Assembly (NCBI GenBank): GCA_965242865.1
Contig: CBDETK010000013.1
Location: forward strand, 4,000,001 to 4,064,000
DNA: 64,000 nt
Direction: 5' to 3'
Source of the DNA: Candidatus Latescibacterota bacterium
GTDB lineage: Bacteria > Latescibacterota > UBA2968 > UBA8231
Part shown: one piece after another, positions 51,668 to 61,204 of the stretch
Position numbering within the stretch: position 1 is the first letter of the stretch
Layout of the letters: each line of letters starts with the position of its first letter
Notes under the pieces: generated by a model
Database searches by the model: none
What the model was told of the DNA's origin: nothing
The model's input: only the letters and a program-made list of their open reading frames with translations
Translations under genes and position numbers: made by a program

Positions 51668-53638
51668 ATGCGTTCCTTCCATACGGCCAGCCCGATTAAG
51701 CCGGAACGAGCCGAGCCGGTCTTCAGCGTCAAAGCACTGGTGGGCGGCACCCTAGGGTCGCTGTGCATCGCCGTGGGTGCCCCATACGGCAACATGGTCA
51801 TCCGCGGCTCGTACATGTCCATTGATTTCAGCGCGGCGGGTGCTCTGTTCCTCTTCTTCCTGCTGACAGGCTTGGTCAACGCCTTGCTGACTCGCTTGGC
51901 CGCTCCCGTGGCCTTGGGCCGCTGCGAGCTCATCGTCGTGTACATCATGATGCTCGCGGCCTCGGCCATCCCCACGATGGGCCTCAGCGAGTACTGGCTG
52001 ACGATCATCACCGGCGCCCAGTACTACGCCACCCCGGAAAACGAGTGGGCCTTGCACATCCTGCCGCACCTGCCCGACTGGATCGCGCCGCAGAATCCCG
52101 AGGCGATCCAGTGGTTTTACGAAGGAGCACCGCGCACCGCTGGCATCCCTTGGGCGGTGTGGATCGGCCCGCTGTGCCATTGGGCCGTGCTGATCGCGGC
52201 ACTGTACTTGGTCATGATCTCGTCGATGGTCATTCTGCGCCGCCAGTGGGTGGAGCGAGAGCGGCTGGTCTATCCGCTGGTGCAAGTGCCCTTGGCCATG
52301 GTGGAGGGCAAAAGCCGCGGACAGGCCCTAGGGCCTTTCTTCAAAAACCCGATTCTCTGGATCGGATTTGCCCTGCCCGCCCTCGTCAGCAGCCTCAACG
52401 CCCTCCACGCGTACTTCAACTTCATCCCCGCCATCCCGCTCGTCGCCTCAGTGCCAGTCCTGCGCAACACCGTCAGCCTGATCTTCCGCCTGAGCTTTCC
52501 CATGGTCGGGTTCGCCTATCTAATCAACCTCGACATCGCCTTCAGCCTGTGGTTTTTCAACACCATCGCCAAGCTGATCCGAGGAGGGCTGGGGGTTTTA
52601 GGGGTCGGCAGCACCGAAAAGCTGGGCATTTACGGCGCACCGAGCGAGCCTATTCTCGCCCACCAAGGGCAGGGGGCGATGATCGTCTTGGTGCTCTTCG
52701 GCCTGTGGATTGGCCGCGAACACCTGCGCGACGTGCTCCGCAAGGCCCTCAAGGGCGACGACCGCATCGACGATAGCGGCGAGATGCTGTCCTATCGGGC
52801 CGCAGTTTTCACGTGGCTCGCCGGGGTGGCGGTGATGACGGTCTGGCTGTGGCAGTCCGGCTTGCCCCTGTGGGCGTCCTTTTTGACCCTGCTGTTGGCC
52901 CTTCTTATCTTCGTCGGCTTGACCCGAGTAGTCGTAGAAGGGGGCGTGGCCGCGGCGGTCGGGCCGATGATTTCTTCGTCGGCCTTAGTCTCGGCCGTTG
53001 GCTCTTCAGCGCTCGGGCCGGCCGGTATGGTGGGCCTTGCGTACACCTATGTATGGGCGGCGGACATCCGCACGTTTGTCATGGCTTCCTGCGCTCACGG
53101 ACTCAAGTTGGGCGAGGAGCTGGGGCCGCGGCTGCGGCCGCTTTTTTGGTACATGCTGCTGGCGATTTTTGTCAGCATCGTCGGCTCGGTCGCGGCGATT
53201 TTGTACCTCGCCTACGAATACGGCGGCATCAACCTCAACGGGTGGTTTTTTGGTGGTGGAACCCGCGCCCCTTTTGATTATATTACCACCAAGTTAAGTG
53301 CGCCCACCGAGCCGAATATAGACGGCTGGATTCACACGGTTGTCGGCGGGGGCATCATGGCCCTGCTCATGTGGGCGCGCCAGCAGCTCTTGTGGTGGCC
53401 CCTGCATCCCATCGGATACCCCATTGGTGCTGTATGGCTGATGGACCAATTGTGGTTTAGCATTGCCCTTGCTTGGCTCTTAAAGTTGGTGGCAATGAAA
53501 TACGGCGGCCCCGGCCTCTTTCGCCGGGCGCGGCCCTTCTTTTTGGGCCTAATCGTCGGTCAGTTTTTTATCGCCGGGCTTTGGTTGATTATCGACTTTT
53601 TTACCGGCATGACCGACAATGTGGTCTTCTGGATTTGA
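51668..53638 (+). CDS. Polytopic membrane protein of unknown function (DUF6785/DUF6784-like)
   Basis: Many TM helices; RRQWVERERLVYPL, WWPLHPIGY and K...YGG......PFFLGLI.G. Confidence 0.7.
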   Translation: MRSFHTASPIKPERAEPVFSVKALVGGTLGSLCIAVGAPYGNMVIRGSYMSIDFSAAGALFLFFLLTGLVNALLTRLAAPVALGRCELIVVYIMMLAASAIPTMGLSEYWLTIITGAQYYATPENEWALHILPHLPDWIAPQNPEAIQWFYEGAPRTAGIPWAVWIGPLCHWAVLIAALYLVMISSMVILRRQWVERERLVYPLVQVPLAMVEGKSRGQALGPFFKNPILWIGFALPALVSSLNALHAYFNFIPAIPLVASVPVLRNTVSLIFRLSFPMVGFAYLINLDIAFSLWFFNTIAKLIRGGLGVLGVGSTEKLGIYGAPSEPILAHQGQGAMIVLVLFGLWIGREHLRDVLRKALKGDDRIDDSGEMLSYRAAVFTWLAGVAVMTVWLWQSGLPLWASFLTLLLALLIFVGLTRVVVEGGVAAAVGPMISSSALVSAVGSSALGPAGMVGLAYTYVWAADIRTFVMASCAHGLKLGEELGPRLRPLFWYMLLAIFVSIVGSVAAILYLAYEYGGINLNGWFFGGGTRAPFDYITTKLSAPTEPNIDGWIHTVVGGGIMALLMWARQQLLWWPLHPIGYPIGAVWLMDQLWFSIALAWLLKLVAMKYGGPGLFRRARPFFLGLIVGQFFIAGLWLIIDFFTGMTDNVVFWI

Positions 53639-53654
53639 GAAAGGCACTACAATT

Positions 53655-56600
53655 ATGCCTAAGTTCGCGGTGAGGTGGATGGCCCTCGGCCTAATGTTGG
53701 CCAGCGCGGCCCCGGCTTGGACCGAGGTCGATTTTACCGAATTGGCGCGCACGACCCCAGTTGAGCGCGTGCAGCAGACGATGGACACTTTTGCTGGCTT
53801 GGGGTCTAGAGTGGCTGGCTATCGAGGGGCCGACCAAGCGGCCCAAATCGTGCAGGAACGCTTCCGCGCCATCGGCCTCGACGACGTCGCAGTCCACGAA
53901 TACGATGTCTCGATTCCCGTGGATAAGGGTGGGTTTTTGCAAGTCGTCGGCAGCGACCAACGAGTGCCCATCCACGGCCTCTGGCCCAACCTCGTCAAGA
54001 CCTCAACGCTGCCCGAAGGCGGGATGACCCAGCGCCTAATCGACGCCGGCGCCGGCGAGTACGCCGACATGGATGGCCAGCAAGTCGAAGGGGCCGTGGC
54101 CCTGATGGACTTCAATTCGGACGACGCTTGGCTCAATGCCGCGTACCTCGGGGCGCAGGCCATCGTCTTCATCGAGCCGGATTCCACCGTGTACTTGGAG
54201 GGCGAAAAGAAGTTTCTCACCATGCCGCTCGACCTGCCGCGGTTTTGGGTCAATCGCCAAGCCGGTCAGCTCTTGCGCCGCCAGTTGGCCACCGAGGGCG
54301 AGCAAACCCTGCACCTAGAGTACCGCATGGATTGGGAGCGGCGGCCCGCTTGGAACATCCTCGGCTCGATCCCCGGGTACGATCCTCTAATGAAAGAGGA
54401 CGTCATCGTGCTGGAGGCGTACTACGACGCCATGTCGGTCGTGCCGGCCCTCGCCCCGGGGGCCGAGCAGGCCTCCAGCATTACGGCGTTGTTGGAACTG
54501 GCGCGCTATTTCCGCGCCAACCCGCCGGCGCGCACCATCGTCTTTCTCGCCACTTCGGCCCACCACTTGGGCTTGCGCGGGGTCGATGATTTCATTCAGC
54601 GTTACCTACGCAAAGAGGACCCCTTTATCGAACACATGCTGGTCCGGCGGGTCGTCGATGCGGCCCTCGCGCAGGAGATGATCGCCCAAGACGGCATTCA
54701 CTACGCCATCGGCGAGGACAAATTCACCGGCAAGGAAGCCTTGGTGCGGGGCATTGCCGACGGGCGCACCAACTTGGCCGTGCGCGTTGCGGACGCCGCC
54801 CTCGCCGAAGGGCTGCTGGCCGAAGCCGAAGACCCGGCGCGCAGCTCGTGGGGCTTGTGGAAGAAGACCATAGAATGGGTCCGGAGGCTGCTGAGCCGCG
54901 AAGAAGGCTCCCTGCACCTCGCTGGCAAGCAATTCAAAGACCGCCATGAACTGGTCGAGCGGCTCGACGCGGACGACGACTTGCGCTTGGCCCTGTACAA
55001 GCGCTGGGCCGACCCCAAAATCGATTCGCTCGCGGTCAAGCTCTTTATCAGCCTCGACCTTTCGTCGCAGACCGACGAGCTCGGGGTGTGGAATAGCAAT
55101 ACCAGCTTTTACTACAAGCGTTACTTCGCGCCCTTCGGCAAAAACTTTATGGCCTATGCGCGCACGATCAGCCGCGAGCTGGGCTACCAGCAGCGCGATG
55201 TGCTGGTCAACGGCATCAGCCCCGAAGGCGGGATGAGCTGGCAGACCTTTGTCCCCGGCGAAATATCGGTCAACAGCGAATTGGTGTTGGCAACCGGCAC
55301 TCCGGCGTTGGCCTTTGTCACGGTCAACGACGCACGCTTCCTCGTCGATACGCCCCTAGACCGCGCCGAGCGCGTCAACCACGCCAATCTCGCCAAGCAG
55401 ATCCGGGTCTTGGCCGGCATGTTCGAGATGGCCTTTGAAGACCCCGAGCTGTTCCCAGACTTCAAGATGCGCCTGCGCGACAATCTGCGCTCGCTCCGCG
55501 GCCGGACCATGGTCTTTCCGCGCCGCAGCATCATCCCCGACCTGCCGCGGGCCGACGCCGTGGCCGTGGTGCGCAACGGCAAGAAAAAGTCGTATAAAGG
55601 CGTGCGCGGCGAGTACTACGAAGTCGTCGATGACAAGGGGGCCTTTTACGTCAATCGGGTGCGGGTCAACAACGTCCAGATCGAGGGCTACTACATGGAC
55701 CCGATCACCGGCCGCATCACCTACGCCCCGGACCGCGGTGTGCAAGGCGACGAGAGCTACCCCATGAAGGTCGCCATGGACTGGCGCGACAAGCAGTGGA
55801 TGGTCATTCTCTTCCCCTGCGTGCCTTACAACTTTTTCGACATCGTCGATCCGCGCTATCTCACCAAGCTGTCCAACGTGCAGGTCTTCGACGAGACTAA
55901 CAGCGCCCCGGTAGAATACGGTTACACCATTGGCGAAGGCCCCTCGGCCCAAAACGAGCCGGTCGGCGTGCTCTTTGCGCGGCCCGGCTCGCGCATCAAG
56001 ATGGGATTCGGCGCCGGCCTGCTCGGCTTCCGCTCGCTCCTGCTCAACGCCACCAGCGTAACCGACAAGGAAAAAGCCGAGGGCGAGGGCTTTGAGATTC
56101 GCCCCGGCACCTCCTTTGCCCGCACGACCTTCCAAGCTGCCCAAGACATGTGGAACCTCGACGAGTCGCGGATGCGCGAGTTGCGGAGCTTTGCCATTGA
56201 GAACCAGCGCCTCAACGACCTCCACTATCGGGCCGAAACCGAGTTGGACCAAGCGGCCGCGGCCGGCGCCGAGCAGCGCTGGGGCGATTTCGTGCGCCAC
56301 ACGCGCGCGGCCTTCGGCCTAGAATCGCGCGCCTATCCAGACGTCAAATCCACCCAAAACGACGTCATTCAGGGCATCATTTTCTTCATGGCCCTGGTCA
56401 TTCCCTGCGCCTTTTTCACCGAGCGGCTCCTGTTTACGGCCGCCACCATCCGCAATCAGATCATCGGGTTTGTCGGGGTTTTTGTCGCGATCTGGAGTGT
56501 GTTGTGGATGGTGCATCCGGCCTTTCAGTTGTCCAATCCCTTCGTCATTCTGCTCGCTTTTGTCATCATCGCGCTGGCCGTGCTCGTGATGTCGATCATC

Positions 56601-58481
56601 TCCGGCCGCTTCAACGAGCAGATGAAAAAGCTCCGCACCGAGGTGGCCGTGATCCACGACACGGACGTCAGCCGCTCTTCGGCCTCGCTAACGGCTTTCC
56701 AGCTCGGGATTTCCAACATGAAGCGGCGCAAGACGCGCACGGTCCTCACCTTTACCACGCTCTTGCTGCTGACCTTTACCGTCCTCTCCTTCACCTCCAT
56801 CCGCACGGGCCTGCGGTTCAATCAAATCAGCCGCGACAACGAGGGCCTCTACGAGGGCATCCTAATCCGCAGCAAGGCGTGGAACCCAATGGAGGATTCA
56901 GTCCTCGAATACGCGCGCAGCAATTTCGGCGATCGGGCCGCGGTCGCGCCGCGCAGTTGGTACAGCAACAAGGCCAAGGCGCACATCAAAATAAAAGCCG
57001 GGGAAAAAGCCCATAACGCGCTCGGCGTCTTGGGGTTGACCCCGGAGGAAACCGAGGTCACCGGGCTAGACCAAGCCCTCGTGGCCGGGCGGTGGTTCGC
57101 GCCGGGCGAGGACAAGGTCTGCATCCTGCCCATCGACATGGTCAAGGAGGCCCATCTCGACATTGATCTCGCCGAGGTCGGCCAAGCGCAGGTCCGCATC
57201 TTCGGCGACTTGTTCACGGTCGTTGGCGTCCTCGACTCCAAGCGGATGAAGGACCTCAAAGACCTCGACGACGAAATCCTGACCCCGGCCGACTTTGCCG
57301 TCACCGGCGGCCAAGCCGTGCAGGAAATCGCCGAGGAAGAAAAGCGCGAGAAGCAGGGCTTGGAGGACGCCAAGGTCGTCATCAAGCCCTTTGTCCATCT
57401 GGAGCCGGCCAACATCCTCATCGTGCCCTACCACACGCTGCGCAACGTCGGCAGCGGCAACCCCTTGCAGTCTGTGGCCGTGCGCTTTCCGGCCGGCAGC
57501 GATGTGCGCGGCGAGGTCGAGGAATTTCTCTCGCGCCTCGCGGTGACCCTGTTTGCTGGCATCAAGGAGCCCGGCGACGAATACATCAAGGTGGCGATTT
57601 ACTCATCGCTGGGGCTGACCTCCTTTTCCGGCATGAGCAACTTGTTCATTCCCATGCTGATTGCCTCGCTCATTGTGCTCAACACCATGATGGGCAGCGT
57701 GTACGAGCGCTTCCGCGAAATTGGCATCTACTCTTCGGTGGGCCTCGCCCCCGGCCATATCTCTTGGCTGTTTATCGCCGAGAGTTGCGTCTATTCGGTA
57801 TTGGGCGTCGTCGCCGGGTATCTCAGCGGCCAAGTGATCGCCAAGGTGCTCATCGAGTTCGACCTGCTGGGGGGCTTCACCCTCAACTACTCTTCCGTGG
57901 CCGCGGTGCTCTCCTGTATGCTGGTGATGGCCGTGGTCATGCTCTCGACGATTTACCCGGCGCGCAAGGCTTCGCAAATGGCCGTGCCGGACGTGACCCG
58001 CAAGTGGAAGCTGCCGCCGCCCGACGGCGACCAGTGGGATTTTGAGTTCCCCTTTACGGTGAGCGGCCACGAGGTTTTGGGCTTGAGCGTATTCCTCATC
58101 GGCTACTTTGATTCCTACAGCGAAGAGTCCATCGGCACCTTCTACACCGACGGCGCCCGACTACGCCGCGAAGAGACGCCCAACGGCGAAGGGTATCTCA
58201 TCGACATGAACATCTGGCTGGCTCCCTTCGACTTGGGCGTCAGCCAACACGTCACCGTGCGGGCCCTGCCCGAGGACGAGCACAACATCTACTCCGTCGG
58301 TCTGCAAATCAAGCGACTCAGCGGCGAGGACGCGTCGTGGCGTCGGGTCAACCAGCGCTTTATGAACGTCATCCGCAAACAGTTCCTTATATGGCGCACG
58401 GTGGATACCGAGGCCAAGGAAGGCTACCGCCAACAGGGCGCGGAAATTCTGCAAGGGCTGCGCAGCGAAGTGTCGGCGTAG
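53655..58481 (+). CDS. Large exported M28-peptidase-like / FtsX-MacB permease fusion
   Basis: Signal peptide, PA-like insert, M28-like AYYD...APGAEQASS...LELAR, TM block, N..RRK.RT.LT and FtsX-like VYERFREIGIYSSVGL. Confidence 0.8.
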   Translation: MPKFAVRWMALGLMLASAAPAWTEVDFTELARTTPVERVQQTMDTFAGLGSRVAGYRGADQAAQIVQERFRAIGLDDVAVHEYDVSIPVDKGGFLQVVGSDQRVPIHGLWPNLVKTSTLPEGGMTQRLIDAGAGEYADMDGQQVEGAVALMDFNSDDAWLNAAYLGAQAIVFIEPDSTVYLEGEKKFLTMPLDLPRFWVNRQAGQLLRRQLATEGEQTLHLEYRMDWERRPAWNILGSIPGYDPLMKEDVIVLEAYYDAMSVVPALAPGAEQASSITALLELARYFRANPPARTIVFLATSAHHLGLRGVDDFIQRYLRKEDPFIEHMLVRRVVDAALAQEMIAQDGIHYAIGEDKFTGKEALVRGIADGRTNLAVRVADAALAEGLLAEAEDPARSSWGLWKKTIEWVRRLLSREEGSLHLAGKQFKDRHELVERLDADDDLRLALYKRWADPKIDSLAVKLFISLDLSSQTDELGVWNSNTSFYYKRYFAPFGKNFMAYARTISRELGYQQRDVLVNGISPEGGMSWQTFVPGEISVNSELVLATGTPALAFVTVNDARFLVDTPLDRAERVNHANLAKQIRVLAGMFEMAFEDPELFPDFKMRLRDNLRSLRGRTMVFPRRSIIPDLPRADAVAVVRNGKKKSYKGVRGEYYEVVDDKGAFYVNRVRVNNVQIEGYYMDPITGRITYAPDRGVQGDESYPMKVAMDWRDKQWMVILFPCVPYNFFDIVDPRYLTKLSNVQVFDETNSAPVEYGYTIGEGPSAQNEPVGVLFARPGSRIKMGFGAGLLGFRSLLLNATSVTDKEKAEGEGFEIRPGTSFARTTFQAAQDMWNLDESRMRELRSFAIENQRLNDLHYRAETELDQAAAAGAEQRWGDFVRHTRAAFGLESRAYPDVKSTQNDVIQGIIFFMALVIPCAFFTERLLFTAATIRNQIIGFVGVFVAIWSVLWMVHPAFQLSNPFVILLAFVIIALAVLVMSIISGRFNEQMKKLRTEVAVIHDTDVSRSSASLTAFQLGISNMKRRKTRTVLTFTTLLLLTFTVLSFTSIRTGLRFNQISRDNEGLYEGILIRSKAWNPMEDSVLEYARSNFGDRAAVAPRSWYSNKAKAHIKIKAGEKAHNALGVLGLTPEETEVTGLDQALVAGRWFAPGEDKVCILPIDMVKEAHLDIDLAEVGQAQVRIFGDLFTVVGVLDSKRMKDLKDLDDEILTPADFAVTGGQAVQEIAEEEKREKQGLEDAKVVIKPFVHLEPANILIVPYHTLRNVGSGNPLQSVAVRFPAGSDVRGEVEEFLSRLAVTLFAGIKEPGDEYIKVAIYSSLGLTSFSGMSNLFIPMLIASLIVLNTMMGSVYERFREIGIYSSVGLAPGHISWLFIAESCVYSVLGVVAGYLSGQVIAKVLIEFDLLGGFTLNYSSVAAVLSCMLVMAVVMLSTIYPARKASQMAVPDVTRKWKLPPPDGDQWDFEFPFTVSGHEVLGLSVFLIGYFDSYSEESIGTFYTDGARLRREETPNGEGYLIDMNIWLAPFDLGVSQHVTVRALPEDEHNIYSVGLQIKRLSGEDASWRRVNQRFMNVIRKQFLIWRTVDTEAKEGYRQQGAEILQGLRSEVSA

Positions 58482-58737
58482 GTGCAGCCCAAGTAGATAG
58501 CCTAGCTGCCCGGCGGTAGCGGGTTTCTCTACAGCTCCATTTCCAGATCAACGGCTGCATGACAGCATCGGCCGACGCTCGTCGTGTGGTTCGTCCAGTT
58601 CCTTCTTTCTATGCTCAAATAGTGTGCTGAGGGGGATGCCGTCGGAGGCGCGTCCCGAACAATCGAGCGATACGCCGGGGTCTGGGGACATCCCCCGAAC
58701 TTGTGGGGCGCGTGGCAGACGCGGTGGAGGACACAAA

Positions 58738-59568
58738 ATGTGGACGTATCGAGTGATCATCATTGCGTTGTTCGCCCTATTGCGGATGGGGGATGCGTAT
58801 GCGGAAACGGAGCCAAAAGAAATCACGATTCACATCCGTGGAGAGTACAACAAGGCGGTGATTCCGGCTCTGTTGGCGGCGGCTGACGCGAAGACGACGA
58901 GGACCGGGATCGCCGAGTTGGATTCTCTTGCAGCCACTTATGGCCTGATGGGGATATATCACAAGTCTGGCTTTTATGGGTATCAGTTTCGGCTGACGTT
59001 TCCGCCGGGTGCGGATGGGGCCGCCATTGCCGGAGCTTATAGGAACGTATCCTATATACAGGCGGTCGTCGGAGAGGCCGAGAAACTCCCGGTTCTTTTA
59101 GATCATCGTACAGCGAATGGTCTCCGTTCTTTTACCATGGAAAACCCGAGATTCCGGTTGCTCGCAAAGGTGGGTGCTGGAACGGCTTCGGGAATCATTG
59201 TTACAGCCATGGCCGCTAGTGCTATAGCAAACGCGGATAACTTTATGGGAGGTCATATTTTAGCGGGATCAGTCTTCGGCTGTAGTGTCGGATTCCCGTT
59301 GGGTGTGAGCATGGTTGATCATTATGATTCTTTACTCATTACCCTACTCGGTGGTGTCATACCGCTATCGGCCGGCGCTTACTTAGTAGGACACGAGATC
59401 GAAAGTATTAGGGTACTAGGGGCAACGGCTATATTTGTCGGCCCTATTATTGGTTCGCTCTATGCTTCGGAGAAATGGCGCCAGCTTCCTCAAGCCCGCC
59501 GCGTCTCCTTCGCGTTATCCCCTACCCTCAACGGCGGCCTTTCTGCCGTAGCCCAACTGCGCTTTTGA
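58738..59568 (+). CDS. Array gene 1: signal + module A (subtilase-prodomain-like) + Gly-rich TM core + constant C-terminus
   Basis: GGAGG RBS; ends WRQLPQARRVSFALSPTLNGGLSAVAQLRF. Confidence 0.75.
   Translation: MWTYRVIIIALFALLRMGDAYAETEPKEITIHIRGEYNKAVIPALLAAADAKTTRTGIAELDSLAATYGLMGIYHKSGFYGYQFRLTFPPGADGAAIAGAYRNVSYIQAVVGEAEKLPVLLDHRTANGLRSFTMENPRFRLLAKVGAGTASGIIVTAMAASAIANADNFMGGHILAGSVFGCSVGFPLGVSMVDHYDSLLITLLGGVIPLSAGAYLVGHEIESIRVLGATAIFVGPIIGSLYASEKWRQLPQARRVSFALSPTLNGGLSAVAQLRF
58807..59060 (+). repeat. Module A DNA repeat (second copy ~61268-61524)
   Basis: Long identical tracts, e.g. GGGATCGCCGAGTTGGATTCTCTTGCAGCCACTTATGG and GTTTCGGCTGACGTTTCCGCCGGGTGCGGATGGGGCCGCCATTGCCGGAG. Confidence 0.9.
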
Positions 59569-59589
59569 CCTTGCAACAAGAGAAAGGCT
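59475..59589 (+). repeat. 115-bp near-identical direct repeat (copy 2 at 60164-60278; diverged copies at ~62694-62809 and ~61880-61969)
   Basis: One mismatch between copies 1 and 2; spans the last ~30 codons, the stop and the next RBS. Confidence 0.92.
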
Positions 59590-59594
59590 CCCCG

Positions 59595-60257
59595 ATGCCC
59601 ATTGCCATTGTGCTCACTGTGCTCACATTGCTCATCGGCATGGTCTCGCCCCTTTTCGCCAACTCCCCAGCGCAGTCTCCCTACTGGACGGGTCGGCTCG
59701 AACAGGACGCGACGTGGCGCGACACGGTGTCTGTCGGCGGCGATGTGACGATTGCAGCCGCGGCGACGGTGGCTAGCGACAGTGTGCAGATGGATACTGG
59801 CCGCGCCATTGGTGGATCCAGAGAGAATCCAGATGGTCTTGGGCCGAGATTGGGGAGAACTGCCCGAAAGTTGATTTTCGGTACTCTTGGAGGCATTGCT
59901 TTAGGGATTGTGGTGGGTGCCAGTGCCAGTGGAGGCTACAGCGGTGACGCTATCGGTGGATATAACAGTGCATTGGCAGGCTTCTTTTTGGGATATGGAG
60001 CCGGAACGGTGCTTAGCGTGTACTTAAGCGATCGACAGGCTCGTTTTAGCGGGGTACTGGCTGGCGGTACGGTGGGGATATGGGTAGGTGCTAAGACGAT
60101 AAGTAAGACCGAAGTGCCCATGTTAATCTGTCCTGTTGCCTTTGCGACAATTGCGTCTGAACTATGGCGCCAGCTTCCTCAAGCCCGCCGCGTCTCCTTC
60201 GCGTTATCCCCTACCCTCAACGGCGGCCTTTCCGCCGTAGCCCAACTGCGCTTTTGA
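59595..60257 (+). CDS. Array gene 2: signal + truncated module B + Gly-rich TM core + constant C-terminus
   Basis: MPIAIV...PYWTGRLEQDATWRDTVSVGGDVTIAA; C-terminus identical to gene 1. Confidence 0.75.
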   Translation: MPIAIVLTVLTLLIGMVSPLFANSPAQSPYWTGRLEQDATWRDTVSVGGDVTIAAAATVASDSVQMDTGRAIGGSRENPDGLGPRLGRTARKLIFGTLGGIALGIVVGASASGGYSGDAIGGYNSALAGFFLGYGAGTVLSVYLSDRQARFSGVLAGGTVGIWVGAKTISKTEVPMLICPVAFATIASELWRQLPQARRVSFALSPTLNGGLSAVAQLRF

Positions 60258-60299
60258 CCTTGCAACAAGAGAAAGGCTTGAAACAGAAAGGACTGTGAG

Positions 60300-60983
60300 A
60301 TGCGCTTTATTTTGCTGGTCTTATGGCTACTGCTCGCCCTTTGGGAGCCAGTGGCGGCTCGGACGATTCGGGTCTCAGAAAAGGAATCAGAACACGGGCA
60401 CTTGGCCTTGTTTTGGGCTCTGATAGAGGCGGCTCCGCACGATACGTTGCTCGTCGCTGCCGGGGATTATGAGGGGGGTCGCATCGATAAACCCCTGACG
60501 CTCATTGGGGCCGGAGCCGATAGCACTAGAGTGGTAAGTTGCGGCGGCGGGGGATTCGGGATAGGAGCCGAAGGGGTAACCATTGAAGGATTTTATATAC
60601 AGAGCCACTTTGATAAATGTCGTGGGGCGAGAGCTATTGTGTGTAATAATTGTTCTGCGACACTCAAGCACAACATTCTCGAAGGGTGTTACTCGGCGAT
60701 TACCACCCTTGATAATGCTCGACTAACCGTCAACTACAACCAACTAATAGGCAACTTCGCCTTTGAGATTTTCCTCTCTGACCCTCCGAGCACTATTGAC
60801 GCTCGCTTCAACTGGTGGGGGACGACGGTTGAACAGGAGATACAGGCCAAGATAGCCGCGACGATGGACCAGGTGGTGTTGGTGTATCGGCCTTGGCTGC
60901 GAGGTCCCGAGGAAATCTTCCGTGATTTCCCTACCTTTATATCCCTGCTCAGTTGGGGTCAATTGAAACAGAAAGGACGATGA
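60300..60983 (+). CDS. Secreted right-handed beta-helix (pectin-lyase-like) protein with a SWGQLK tail
   Basis: A.PHDTLLVAAG.Y...IDKPLTLIGAG, VTIEGFYI and IDARFNWWG. Confidence 0.75.
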   Translation: MRFILLVLWLLLALWEPVAARTIRVSEKESEHGHLALFWALIEAAPHDTLLVAAGDYEGGRIDKPLTLIGAGADSTRVVSCGGGGFGIGAEGVTIEGFYIQSHFDKCRGARAIVCNNCSATLKHNILEGCYSAITTLDNARLTVNYNQLIGNFAFEIFLSDPPSTIDARFNWWGTTVEQEIQAKIAATMDQVVLVYRPWLRGPEEIFRDFPTFISLLSWGQLKQKGR

Positions 60984-60984
60984 C

Positions 60985-61122
60985 ATGCGCTTGGTCCTCC
61001 TGCTCTTTCTGTTGGGAGTCGGCTTTGCGGCCAGCGACGCCACCGAGGCGGGCTACGTTACGGGTCTAATTGTCGTCTTTTATATGTTCTCTGGGGTCTT
61101 TCTGGGTGTTCCAGGAATGTAG
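60985..61122 (+). pseudogene. Relic: signal peptide + first codons of module B
   Basis: MRLVLLLFLLGVGFAASDATEAGYVTG; CTACGTTACGGGTC (61053-66) is identical to 63553-66. Confidence 0.5.
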
Positions 61123-61204
61123 CTTATCCTGAGCTCGGCACCAAGGTTTGTCGGCTGTCGCCATGCTGTGCTTTTAATCCCTCAATAACGGGAGGATACG
61201 CTTT

